Source: an uncultured delta proteobacterium (GTDB lineage Bacteria; Desulfobacterota; Binatia; UBA9968). Taken from it: 64,000 nt of DNA. The DNA lies in contig CAWDPO010000023.1 of the NCBI GenBank assembly GCA_963804165.1, positions 160,001-224,000 of the forward strand, written 5' to 3'. Below, piece by piece: positions 31,848 to 40,725 of the stretch (the first letter of the stretch is position 1; each line of letters starts with the position of its first letter). The notes beneath the pieces were generated by a model. It worked only from the letters and a program-made list of their open reading frames with translations, did not search any database and had not been told where the DNA came from. A program made the translations under genes and the position numbers.

Positions 31848-31867
31848 GGGCGCAATAAATTGCGCGC
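31844..31867 (+). repeat. GTAG-type REP-like palindrome overlapping the transglutaminase stop codon
   Basis: GTAG-GGGCGCAAT-AA-ATTGCGCGC. Confidence 0.55.
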
Positions 31868-31885
31868 TCTTCTTGTCGCGGGAAA

Positions 31886-32650
31886 TTAACCGACGCTGTT
31901 TTCTTTTGCTGTAACTGTAGATTCTTCAGTCAGCGTTAGAAGAACATCGGCATACCAGGCGCAATTCAGGTTCAAGCGCTCGTCCTCGTCGATATCGCGG
32001 TTGCTTACATCCATACGCGCGGCGTGCACACCCAGCAACATCCACGGAAAATCGGCGCGCCCGGAACGCTCCGTGGCCACGCGCGCGACGACCGGCGCAC
32101 CGCTGGTGCCGCGGTGCATCCTCGCGTCCGTCAGGAAGTATCCTTGTCCCTGAAAACGTATACCGAACGCCGACGCGATCACGGCTTGGCGCGCCACCGG
32201 CAGATGATGCAAGCTGTCATGAAATCCCAATGGGAACCCGACAATCAGCACAGCAGTTCCCACTTCGATCTGATCGAACTCGGTGACGAGATGATAAGGA
32301 GTAAAGCTTGACAGAAGAATCGTCTGCGGCAGCGCCGCCCGCTCAAGCTCCACGGCGACAATGTCGACGCTGCCGCCGGAATCGACACCTTGGCGCCAAA
32401 CCGGCTGGTTGCCCCGATAAAGTGGAATCGACATCTGTGTCACCACGGCGATGTTTTTCGGATCCACGTGCAGCTCGATTTCCAGTCGATCCGGCCGGTG
32501 ATTACTGGCCTCATCCAACACGACGTGACGGCTCGTGACGAGATAGAGCCGGTCATCGCGCTCGAAAAAAAAGCCGGTGGCGCCGGTCAAGGTTTTCCCG
32601 GCCGACATCGTTGAAACTCGTGTTACAGCTACCAGTAGGGATTCAATCAC
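31886..32650 (-). CDS. Trypsin-like serine protease (no signal peptide seen)
   Basis: ATGFF, VTSRHV, VDIVA and GTSGAPV. Confidence 0.88.
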   Translation of the reverse strand: MIESLLVAVTRVSTMSAGKTLTGATGFFFERDDRLYLVTSRHVVLDEASNHRPDRLEIELHVDPKNIAVVTQMSIPLYRGNQPVWRQGVDSGGSVDIVAVELERAALPQTILLSSFTPYHLVTEFDQIEVGTAVLIVGFPLGFHDSLHHLPVARQAVIASAFGIRFQGQGYFLTDARMHRGTSGAPVVARVATERSGRADFPWMLLGVHAARMDVSNRDIDEDERLNLNCAWYADVLLTLTEESTVTAKENSVG

Positions 32651-32864
32651 GAGTAGATTCCTTCCGGTGACTTCAAATCCATCAGTAAGATAAATGAGCG
32701 CTGATCAAAACCGTCAGATCCAGAATAGGTTCACGCGGCCACCGGTTCAACTACCGCCGCGCAAGGCTTTGATTCATTGAATCAAATGAGCCCAACGCAA
32801 GTGATTGCGCATATCGAGGACCGTTAGTAATTTGAGAATGGCACCGCCCCCGTTGCACGGCGGC

Positions 32865-33671
32865 TCAGAAAAGTCTTCGGTGTTTCAGCGCCGGCAGCTC
32901 GGCGCGCACTTTGGCGAGATGATCCAAGTCGATTTCCGCCGTGATCACACCGGAACCGTGGGGAAGTTCGGCCAAGATCTCTCCCCATGGGTCGACGATC
33001 ATGCTGTGACCGTGGGTTTCGAAGCTTTTAGCGCTCTTGCCGAACTGATCCGGCGCGATGATGTAGACTTGATTTTCGATGGCGCGGGCGCGCAGCAACA
33101 ACTCCCAATGCGCCTGACCCGTATAGGCGGTAAAAGCGGAGGGAACAAAAACTAAATCAACACCGCGCTTGGTCAAATTACGATACAGCTCGGGAAAACG
33201 CAGATCGTAACAGACCGACAAACCCATTTTGCAAAGCTCGGTGTCGGCAACGACGACGCCATCGCCGAACTCGCGAGTGGCGGATTCTCTGAGCGAAGTG
33301 CCATTGGCGAGATCGACGTCGAACAGATGAATCTTGCGGTAAGAAGCCAAGAGTTTTCCCGCCGGATCGAAGAGCAGGCTCGTGTTGTAAGCTTTCGGCC
33401 TGCCGGGGATCTCCTCAAGAATCGACCCGGCCAAAAGATAGACACCCAGCTCACGCGCCAACTCGGCCATCGCGGTCGATGTCTGACCGGGAATGGGTTC
33501 AGCAAACTCACGCTCCAAATTTTTGCTACCGCGCCAGATAAATACTTCCGGCAGAGCGATCACGCGCGCGCCTTGCTCCGCCGCGTGGCGCACCCAGTGT
33601 TTGGCTTCCCTGAGATTGGCTGCCTTGTCATCCGAAGCAACCATTTGCACGGCGGCTGCAATAAATTTCAT
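32865..33671 (-). CDS. Carbon-nitrogen hydrolase, Nit1/deaminated-glutathione amidase-like
   Basis: Glu-Lys-Cys triad in LPE, YRKIHLFD and VCYDLRFPE; also RARAIENQ and GHSMIVDPWG. Confidence 0.92.
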   Translation of the reverse strand: MKFIAAAVQMVASDDKAANLREAKHWVRHAAEQGARVIALPEVFIWRGSKNLEREFAEPIPGQTSTAMAELARELGVYLLAGSILEEIPGRPKAYNTSLLFDPAGKLLASYRKIHLFDVDLANGTSLRESATREFGDGVVVADTELCKMGLSVCYDLRFPELYRNLTKRGVDLVFVPSAFTAYTGQAHWELLLRARAIENQVYIIAPDQFGKSAKSFETHGHSMIVDPWGEILAELPHGSGVITAEIDLDHLAKVRAELPALKHRRLF

Positions 33672-33709
33672 GGAGGTCCGACCTTGAACATTGAACGCTT
33701 GAACGGTTG

Positions 33710-34546
33710 TTACCGATTGAGAAACACCGGACAAGGCGCGTTGCGCAGGACATACTCGGTGGTGCTGCCCAAGACCATTTTGATGATGCGCCGGTGGCCG
33801 TAAGCGCCGATGAAGAGCAGATCGTGATTCATGCTGACCAAATATTCGACAATTTTTTGTTCGGGATAGCCGATCGCACGCTCGTATTTCACGTCGACGC
33901 CGTAGGAACTGAGATAGCCGCGGGCTTGCTGTAAATTGGTATGCGCCATGGCGTCTTCTTTCGCGATCGTCAAGACGGTCAACGGCAGATGCAACACCGT
34001 GCAGAACTCGGCCGCCGACTCCATGGCGGAGCTGGCGCGCTGGCTGCCGTCGTAAGCCAACAACGGCTTTTCGACCGGTTTGAATTCTTTCGTGGAGACA
34101 AAAACCGGTCGCGGACATTTGCGCGTAATGGTTTCGGCGGTCGTCCCCAACAGCCCGGTGGAAAATTCTTCGTTGACGCCGCGGTGGCCAATCACCACAA
34201 GGTCGGCAACTTTGGCGCGTTCGCAAATTTCATTGGCGATCAAACCCATATCGAGAATCGTCGTGTAGCGGATACCCTTCTTTTCGCAGCGCGCCGCAAA
34301 CTCTTCAAGAATCATCTTGCCGCGCTCCTCGAGCACTTCGCGCATCTTGCTCGAAAAGTCCAAATAGGGTTCGAAGCCCAGCGAGCCGGAGATGTCGTGA
34401 AAGAAAGTGCCTTCGATCGAGATGGTATCGATAATATGTTGGCCGAAAAGCGTGCCGCTGAACCTTTCGGTGATCCAAATGGCATAGTCGAGCGCCGCCT
34501 TGGAATGCTCCGAACCGTCCAGAGGCACAAGAATGTTCTTAATCAT
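33710..34546 (-). CDS. Universal stress protein (tandem USP domains)
   Basis: ILVPLDGSEHS, DLVVIG, AYDGS and GAYGH...LGSTTE. Confidence 0.93.
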   Translation of the reverse strand: MIKNILVPLDGSEHSKAALDYAIWITERFSGTLFGQHIIDTISIEGTFFHDISGSLGFEPYLDFSSKMREVLEERGKMILEEFAARCEKKGIRYTTILDMGLIANEICERAKVADLVVIGHRGVNEEFSTGLLGTTAETITRKCPRPVFVSTKEFKPVEKPLLAYDGSQRASSAMESAAEFCTVLHLPLTVLTIAKEDAMAHTNLQQARGYLSSYGVDVKYERAIGYPEQKIVEYLVSMNHDLLFIGAYGHRRIIKMVLGSTTEYVLRNAPCPVFLNR

Positions 34547-34721
34547 ACCGACCTCCCGAGGTTTGCCCTCGCGGGCTACAGTGCCGCCAGTTGCACACGC
34601 GCTCAAAACCGCCCAGCCACGATAACAAGGAGATGCGTTTTTGCAAGGAGAAAATTAGCCCGACCGTTTACAACCGGCGCGTTTTTGTAGATAATCAACT
34701 GACTCGTCGACGCGTCAGCCA

Positions 34722-34994
34722 ATGGCCCAACCGAAAAATAGGCAGGAAGCTCGCCTGCAGGAATTGATTCTGAGCGCAAAACGGATGAACATCCAGGTGC
34801 GCACTGAGAAGCTTTTGCGTGAGGCGGGATATCGGGCTCAGAGCGGTCGTTGCCGGGTCCGTGACCAGGAACTCATCCTGATCGATCGTGACGCCCGGAT
34901 CAGTGATCAAATCGAGTTTCTCACCGGTGAATTGGCCGAGCGGCAAGGCCACGATAGCGCTTCAAACGCCGCCCCTTATGCAGCGGAAGATTAG
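34722..34994 (+). CDS. Small conserved hypothetical protein
   Basis: LQELILSAKRMNIQVRTEKL...SGRCRVRDQELILID; clean ORF between convergent neighbours. Confidence 0.65.
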   Translation: MAQPKNRQEARLQELILSAKRMNIQVRTEKLLREAGYRAQSGRCRVRDQELILIDRDARISDQIEFLTGELAERQGHDSASNAAPYAAED

Positions 34995-35017
34995 CGATGG
35001 CTCGTAATCGCCGTCGT

Positions 35018-35683
35018 CTAGTGCACGCGGATTTTCTTCGCCGCTTCAATCCCTAGCGAAAACGCATCCTCGCCTACTTTCAATGTCATCATGCCGAGTG
35101 AAGGCGCGACGTCGAGGACGTGCACCTTGGCGCCGGGCCGCATGCCGTGCTCTTGCAGAAAACTGAGCAATCGAACGTCACGTTCACCGCCTTCAGTGAT
35201 GAAATCAAGCTCGACGCTCTGACCGTCCGGCGCTTCATTCAACGGAATGGTCTTCTGCGAGGGACCCGATAGTGCCCCCGGGATAGGATTCCCGTGCGGA
35301 CAGGTAGTCGGATTACTCAATAATTTGGCCAGCCGTTCTTCCACATCCTGGGATATCGCGTGCTCCAAACGGTGCGCCTCCTGGTGTGCCTTCACCCAAT
35401 CGAGTCCGAGCAGATCGGTGAGAAACCGCTCGGTCAGGAAGTGCCGCCGCACAATCCTTTCTGCCACCGTCTTGCCGTCGGACGTCAGATGGATCTCCTT
35501 GCGGCGATTGATCGTCACATAGCCTTCCCGTGCCAAACGCTGCAGCGTCGTAAATATGGTGGACGGAGAAACCCCCGTTTCCGCCGCGATGCGCGCTGCG
35601 ATCACCGGCTGGGACTCCTCGGCGAGCTGGTAAATGGACTTGAGATAATCCTCTAAAGCGTTACTTACTTTGGGCACTTCCAT
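35018..35683 (-). CDS. DtxR/MntR/IdeR family metal-dependent transcriptional regulator with FeoA-like C-terminal domain
   Basis: EDYLKSIY, RRHFLTERFL, AHQEAHRLEH and PTTCPHGNPIP. Confidence 0.95.
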   Translation of the reverse strand: MEVPKVSNALEDYLKSIYQLAEESQPVIAARIAAETGVSPSTIFTTLQRLAREGYVTINRRKEIHLTSDGKTVAERIVRRHFLTERFLTDLLGLDWVKAHQEAHRLEHAISQDVEERLAKLLSNPTTCPHGNPIPGALSGPSQKTIPLNEAPDGQSVELDFITEGGERDVRLLSFLQEHGMRPGAKVHVLDVAPSLGMMTLKVGEDAFSLGIEAAKKIRVH

Positions 35684-35687
35684 AGCG

Positions 35688-35768
35688 TTGACAAACTTTT
35701 TTCTTTCGACTATACGAACTTTTGACTTTGCCATAACGAAAGTATTAAATTGTTTATATATTAACAAT
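35688..35768 (+). promoter_or_regulatory. Sigma-70 promoter of the phnDCE-FTR1 operon plus a candidate operator
   Basis: TTGACA(35688)-N17-TATACG(35711). Inverted repeat ATTGTT-N8-AACAAT at 35749..35768. Confidence 0.6.
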
Positions 35769-35825
35769 GAATCACACAAACCTCTTATAGTAAAGATGAC
35801 TATTTAGATCAAGGGAGAACTCGCC

Positions 35826-36761
35826 ATGAAAGAAATCTTCAAACGCGTCCTAGGATCGCTGCTCATTTTTGCCGGTGGGGCATTCCTGCCGGACTCCAGC
35901 TCCGCGCAAAATAAGCTGGTGGTCGCGATTCAGCCCACCGTAGCGAGCGACGAGATGCTCAACAAGGCCAAGCCCTTGCAGCAATTTCTTGAAAAGGGCT
36001 TGGGCGGCAAAACCAAGGTCGAAATCTACGTGCCGACCAGTTACGCCGCCGTGGTGGAGTCGCTCCGCTTCGGCCACGCGCACCTGGCCTTCATGTCGGC
36101 ATGGCCGGCGCAGCTCGCGGTACGGCTCGGCGGCGCCGAAGTCGCTCTGGCGGAGATCCGGCAGGTGCTGCACGGCAAGGAGAAAGTCGAGGCACCGCAC
36201 TATTTTTCTTATTGGGTCGTTGCTCCCGACTCGCCCTACAAAGACCTGCAATCGTTAAAAGGCAAGAGCGCGTGTTTTCCCAGTCCGATCTCGACCTCCG
36301 GTTTCGTCGCGCCGATCGGCCGTATGATCGAAATGAATTTGTTGCAGCCGGGAGAAGGCAAAGAAGCCGATCCCAAAGCCTATTTTAAGGAAGTTCTGTT
36401 CGGCGGCGGCTATGGCCAGTGCTGGCAGGCGCTAAAGCAGGGCCAGGTGGACACCACGGTGATCGCCGGCGACGTGCCCGAGAAGCTTTATAATGAAGTC
36501 CTCGCCGGCACGCGCACGGTCGAGCAGCAAGGGCCGATCCCGTCCCACGCAGTAGTGCTCAGCAAAGAGCTGAAGGATCCTCTGCGCACGCAAGCAGTGC
36601 AGACCATCGTAAAGCTCGGCGCGCCCGAGCACCGCGAGCTCATGCGCGCGTTTATTTCCAGCATCTTCGTCGGCTTTAAGCCGACTACAGCAAACGAGCA
36701 TCTCGGCTCACTGCAAAAGTATCTGAAAGCGGCCAACCTGAAGTTTACGGAGCGTCTGTGA
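35826..36761 (+). CDS. phnD: PhnD-like ABC substrate-binding protein
   Basis: SYAAVVESLRFG, YFSYWVV, STSGFVAP and PIPSH. Substrate not established. Confidence 0.85.
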   Translation: MKEIFKRVLGSLLIFAGGAFLPDSSSAQNKLVVAIQPTVASDEMLNKAKPLQQFLEKGLGGKTKVEIYVPTSYAAVVESLRFGHAHLAFMSAWPAQLAVRLGGAEVALAEIRQVLHGKEKVEAPHYFSYWVVAPDSPYKDLQSLKGKSACFPSPISTSGFVAPIGRMIEMNLLQPGEGKEADPKAYFKEVLFGGGYGQCWQALKQGQVDTTVIAGDVPEKLYNEVLAGTRTVEQQGPIPSHAVVLSKELKDPLRTQAVQTIVKLGAPEHRELMRAFISSIFVGFKPTTANEHLGSLQKYLKAANLKFTERL

Positions 36762-37507
36762 CATCAAACAGCGACACCGCTCCCGCTCTCCAAGCGGATC
36801 GAGTTTGGTTCGCGTACCGTAACCGCGATTGGGTACTGCGGGATGTGTCGCTGTCGATTCCAGCGGGTCAACACACCGTCATCATGGGTCCCTCGGGCAT
36901 GGGAAAGACGACTCTGTTGCGCGTGCTCGCCGGAATACTGAAACAGACGCAAGGCGGAGTGAGAGCTTTCGGCCAACCGGTTCACACACTCAGCCGGCGT
37001 CCGTTGAGCTCTTTGATCGGCTACATCCCGCAGCAGTTGGGATTAGTAAGAAGTCTCTCGGCGCTCGACAATGTTTTGATGGGCTCCCTCGGCCGGATCG
37101 GCGACGGTAAAGCGCTCTTCGGTCTGTTCCCGCGCGCGGAAACGGACCGGGCCGAGGCCGCGCTCGACATGATGGGCATCGCGCATAAGCGCTCCGAACA
37201 GGTTTTTCGTCTGAGCGGCGGCGAGCGCCAGCGGGTCGCCATCGCTCGTACCTTGCTCCAACATCCGCGGATCGTGATCGCCGACGAATTCGCGTCCGAC
37301 TTGGATCTCGCTCTGGCGTCGGAGATTCTCGCGCGCATCCGGCGCGCCGCCGACAAGGAAAATATTACCTTCGTTATGAGCATGCATCGGCTCGGCCTGG
37401 CGCGCCAATTCGGCGACGACGTTCTCGCGCTCAAAGACGGCGAGATCGTGCCGGGCTTTATCGGCAACGAAATGCTCGAGACGCCGCGACCTGAGGTGGG
37501 TTTGTGA
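36758..37507 (+). CDS. phnC: PhnC-like ABC ATPase
   Basis: GPSGMGKT, LSGGERQRVAIAR and IADE; PhnC-like NVLMGSLG. Confidence 0.88.
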   Translation: MTSNSDTAPALQADRVWFAYRNRDWVLRDVSLSIPAGQHTVIMGPSGMGKTTLLRVLAGILKQTQGGVRAFGQPVHTLSRRPLSSLIGYIPQQLGLVRSLSALDNVLMGSLGRIGDGKALFGLFPRAETDRAEAALDMMGIAHKRSEQVFRLSGGERQRVAIARTLLQHPRIVIADEFASDLDLALASEILARIRRAADKENITFVMSMHRLGLARQFGDDVLALKDGEIVPGFIGNEMLETPRPEVGL

Positions 37508-38271
37508 AAGCAACTCTAGTCTTGCCCGCAACCACCGCCCTCTTCTTGCTCGCCGTGCTGGCGCATCTTGGCTTTTTCGACTTGGAGCGCCTCGCGCGCG
37601 GCGTGCGCAATTTGGGCATCCTCGGATCGGAGATGTTGCCGCCGGACGTGGGCATCCTGCCGACTGTTGGCGCCGCTTTGTGGGAGACCGTGGAAATGTC
37701 GTTCGCCGGCACGCTCCTCGGCTTCCTGGCGTCACTGCCGCTGAGCGTTCTCGGCACCCGAAGATTATTTTCTTCATGGGTTTCAAGCTTCGCCCGTTTC
37801 ATCGCGGCGGGTATTCGCACCGTGCCCGTCCTGCTGTGGGCGATCATCTTCGTCATCCTCGTCGGCCTCGGCCCGCTGGCCGGCACCTTGGGCATCGCCG
37901 CTTACACCGTCGGGTATCTTGCCAAGATTTACGCGGATCTTTTCGAAGGCACCGATCCGGAGATTATCGAGGCGGTTCAAAGCACCGGCGCATCCAAGCT
38001 CCAACTCGTCCGCTTCGTGATCCTCCCCGAAGCGGCCAATGCGGTACTTGCCCAAGTGCTCTTCATGCTCGAGTACAACATTCGCGCGTCGTCGGTGCTC
38101 GGCTTTGTCGGCGCCGGCGGACTTGGCTTCGTCATCCAAATCTATTTGCAAAGTTTGGACTATCAACGGCTGGCAACGATTTTATTGTTGGTGCTGGTGA
38201 TCGTGCTCGTGATGGACGGCATCAGCGCGTGGTTGAGAAAACGCTTTCTGTTGTCAGCCCAAGCATCATGA
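37504..38271 (+). CDS. phnE: PhnE/PtxC-like ABC permease
   Basis: ETVEMSFAGT, RTVPVLLWA, GLGPLAG and EYNIRASSVLGFVGAGGLG. Confidence 0.9.
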   Translation: MKATLVLPATTALFLLAVLAHLGFFDLERLARGVRNLGILGSEMLPPDVGILPTVGAALWETVEMSFAGTLLGFLASLPLSVLGTRRLFSSWVSSFARFIAAGIRTVPVLLWAIIFVILVGLGPLAGTLGIAAYTVGYLAKIYADLFEGTDPEIIEAVQSTGASKLQLVRFVILPEAANAVLAQVLFMLEYNIRASSVLGFVGAGGLGFVIQIYLQSLDYQRLATILLLVLVIVLVMDGISAWLRKRFLLSAQAS

Positions 38272-38274
38272 TCC

Positions 38275-40305
38275 ATGGAAACTCGATCGCATCGAACGGA
38301 CTCGCTCCAAACCCTCGGGCGGTGCTCCAACCAGAAAATCGGTGACGCCGGTAGAATCGGCAAGCTTGTCGCGGTCGTTTTAGCGGTAGTCTTGACGCTG
38401 TTGACCGCGGTAGCCACGGCCTCTGCGCAAGATCAAGCGCGGCGTCTGGTCGCGTTGTTGGACTATCTGGGCGGCGATTATCAAAACGCGGTCCAAGACG
38501 GCAAGATCATCAATCCGGATGAATACGCCGAGATGCAGGAGTTCTCAAAGCGCATCCTGGAGCTCATGGGTCAACTTAAGGCGGTTGAAAAAGTCGACAA
38601 AGCCCAAGTCGAGCCCACGCTCAAATCCCTGGTGAGCGAAGTCGGAAAAAAAGGCGATGTAAAAACCGTGGCGACGCTTGCCAATGACGCCAAGGAAAAA
38701 CTGATCGCCGCCTACAAAATCGTCCCGCATCCGCGCCAACTCCCATCCTTGGCCGACGGGCGAAAACTCTTCCTCGAAAATTGCGCCCAGTGCCACGGCG
38801 ACAGCGGCAAGGGCGACGGCCCCGGCCGCGCATCGATGAATCCAAAAACACCACCGCCGGCGAATCTAATCGATGCGGGTTTCATGGCCGGCTTGTCACC
38901 TTTCAAGGCCTATAACACGGCTACTTTCGGCATCGATAACACCGCCATGGCATCTTTCGCCGCTTTGTCGGACGATCAACGCTGGCAGGTTGCTTTCTAC
39001 GTCATGTCCCTGCGCTTCTCGCAAGAGCAAGCCGCGCTCGGCGAAACGTTAATTCAGGAGAAAAAGATAGCTCCCGAGCTAACCGCCGTAGCGACTCTAG
39101 CGACGCTTTCCGACGATCAGCTGACCGAGAGGCTCACGAGCTACTTCGAGCAAGAAGCGCCGCGCAACAATGCCCTCGCATATCTGCGACGCGGGCTGCT
39201 TGAGAAGAAACCCGCGGATCCGCTCTTAATTGCCCGCAACCTGCTCGGCGAGGCCTCGGAGCTGTACGGCAAAGGTGAAAAGGAAAAGGCCTATCAGAAG
39301 GCGATTGAGGCTTATCTTGATGGCTTCGAAATGGCCGAGCCCGCGCTGTTCGCCAAGGACGCCTCCTTTGGACGATCCCTCGAAGACCAGTTCACCCAAT
39401 TTCGCAACTCCATCCGGCAAGGCATAACCCCGCAGGAGCTCGAAAAACAGCGCACGGAGATCGAGGCCAAGCTAGACCAAGCCTCACAGCTCATGACTCG
39501 CAGTGATAGCTTTTCGGGTTACTATGCCTTCGTCAATTCGGCGTTAATCATTTTGCGCGAAGGGCTGGAGGCCGCGTTGATCCTGGCGGCGATCGTCGCG
39601 ATGCTCAAAGTGATGGGCGCGGCAGACGCTATCCGTTATATCCACTTCGGCTGGATCCTTGCGTTGCTCGCCGGAGTGCTGACTTGGCTTGCGGCTCAAA
39701 CCGTATTGACTTTCAGCGGCCAACACCGCGAGAGCTTGGAGGGGTTCATCTCGGTCTTTGCGGCCGTGGCTCTTTTCTATGTTGGATATTGGCTGCACAC
39801 CCGGAGTGAGGCCAAACGTTGGCAATCATTTATTCAACAAAAAGTGCAGAACGTGCTTTCCAATCGGAAAATTCTCGGGCTCGTCGGCATCTCGTTCTTC
39901 GCTGTCTACCGGGAAGCCTTTGAAGTTGTACTTTTTTACCAGGCACTCTGGCTACAGAACGAAAGCAGTCACCAGGCCATTGTCGGCGGTTTCGCGGCAG
40001 GCGTCATTGCTCTAGTAGCAGTGACTTTTGCAATCTTCAAGCTTGGATTGCGCCTACCGCTCAAATACTTCTTCGGGGTCACGGGCACGCTGCTGTACAT
40101 CATGGCGTTCATTTTCGCCGGTACCGGCATCAAAGAACTCCAAGCGGCAGGTTGGGTGCCAAGCACACCTTTGAAATTTCCACCGCAAGTACCTCTCGTG
40201 GGCATCTACCCAACCGTCGAAACCTTGGCAGCCCAAGGACTCATGGTTTGCGCCTTCATCGCCACTACAGTTTGGATGGCGTACGAGCGAAAGAAGACCG
40301 CGTAG
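38275..40305 (+). CDS. Cytochrome c-fused FTR1/PbrT-family iron permease
   Basis: LDYLGGDY...EYAEM N-domain, CAQCH heme motif, and REGLE and REAFE iron-permease motifs. Confidence 0.93.
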   Translation: METRSHRTDSLQTLGRCSNQKIGDAGRIGKLVAVVLAVVLTLLTAVATASAQDQARRLVALLDYLGGDYQNAVQDGKIINPDEYAEMQEFSKRILELMGQLKAVEKVDKAQVEPTLKSLVSEVGKKGDVKTVATLANDAKEKLIAAYKIVPHPRQLPSLADGRKLFLENCAQCHGDSGKGDGPGRASMNPKTPPPANLIDAGFMAGLSPFKAYNTATFGIDNTAMASFAALSDDQRWQVAFYVMSLRFSQEQAALGETLIQEKKIAPELTAVATLATLSDDQLTERLTSYFEQEAPRNNALAYLRRGLLEKKPADPLLIARNLLGEASELYGKGEKEKAYQKAIEAYLDGFEMAEPALFAKDASFGRSLEDQFTQFRNSIRQGITPQELEKQRTEIEAKLDQASQLMTRSDSFSGYYAFVNSALIILREGLEAALILAAIVAMLKVMGAADAIRYIHFGWILALLAGVLTWLAAQTVLTFSGQHRESLEGFISVFAAVALFYVGYWLHTRSEAKRWQSFIQQKVQNVLSNRKILGLVGISFFAVYREAFEVVLFYQALWLQNESSHQAIVGGFAAGVIALVAVTFAIFKLGLRLPLKYFFGVTGTLLYIMAFIFAGTGIKELQAAGWVPSTPLKFPPQVPLVGIYPTVETLAAQGLMVCAFIATTVWMAYERKKTA

Positions 40306-40509
40306 ATGCTGAAGCGAGAACAAGATGCGCGACAGGATGCGGTTTTGGCCGTCAGGAATGATGATAGCTTGCGCTGTTGCTGCGGCAGTCTATTGGCCCG
40401 GCTGGTACCAGCTGGCGTAGAGCTCAAGTGTCGGCGCTGCAAACGACAAATTATCATTCCATTGACCGAAGCAAGGTTGCGCGAAAAATCCGCCGGAGGC
40501 GGTTCATAG
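40306..40509 (+). CDS. Com-like (phage Mu Com family) Cys4 zinc-ribbon microprotein
   Basis: LRCCCGSLLAR...VELKCRRCKR follows the RCxCGxLLA...E-x-KCxRC Com-type pattern. The ATG directly follows the FTR1 stop. Confidence 0.7.
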   Translation: MLKREQDARQDAVLAVRNDDSLRCCCGSLLARLVPAGVELKCRRCKRQIIIPLTEARLREKSAGGGS

Positions 40510-40514
40510 GGGGC

Positions 40515-40534
40515 GCTGCAGAATAATCTGCAGC
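40515..40534. repeat. Perfect hairpin/palindrome after the Com-like gene
   Basis: GCTGCAGA-ATAA-TCTGCAGC. Confidence 0.6.
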
Positions 40535-40613
40535 CCTGGTTAAATATAATAAACGAATAACTTTCTGTAACTTGGAAGTTATTATTCGTATCTACTAATT
40601 TGTCTAGTTAGGC

Positions 40614-40642
40614 TTGACAAATAATTATTATTTGAATATACG
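40614..40642 (+). promoter_or_regulatory. Sigma-70 promoter with a Fur-family-like 8-1-8 palindrome in the spacer
   Basis: TTGACA-N17-TATACG, with CAAATAAT-T-ATTATTTG at 40618..40634. Confidence 0.7.
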
Positions 40643-40675
40643 ACACTAGTCAGCGGCCAGCGATCCAGAATCCAG

Positions 40676-40725
40676 AGCCCGGCGTTGCGCAGAACATTCT
40701 GCAGCGCTCCGGGCTTTTTTATTTT
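40676..40725 (+). terminator. Intrinsic terminator/attenuator inside the 5' leader of the exbBD-tonB operon
   Basis: AGCCCGG...CCGGGCT outer stem with an inner GCAGA-ACAT-TCTGC stem, followed by TTTTTATTTT. Lies between the promoter and the first ORF. Confidence 0.75.

Noticed and set aside
32865-34226. 453 aa ORF as an extended nitrilase; likewise the extended holB (to 52973) and DUF4198 (from 48199) ORFs
   Set aside because: The extensions overlap upstream genes out of frame; the true starts are the internal ATGs at 33671, 52736 and 48364.
40306-40509. Com-like gene as evidence of a Mu-like prophage
   Set aside because: No mom/methylase, structural or transposase genes are nearby, and it is coupled to FTR1.
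40599-40621. TTTGTCTAGTTAGGCTTGACAAA as an IdeR/DtxR box
   Set aside because: Only the central TTAGGCT matches the IdeR consensus; the flanks fit poorly.
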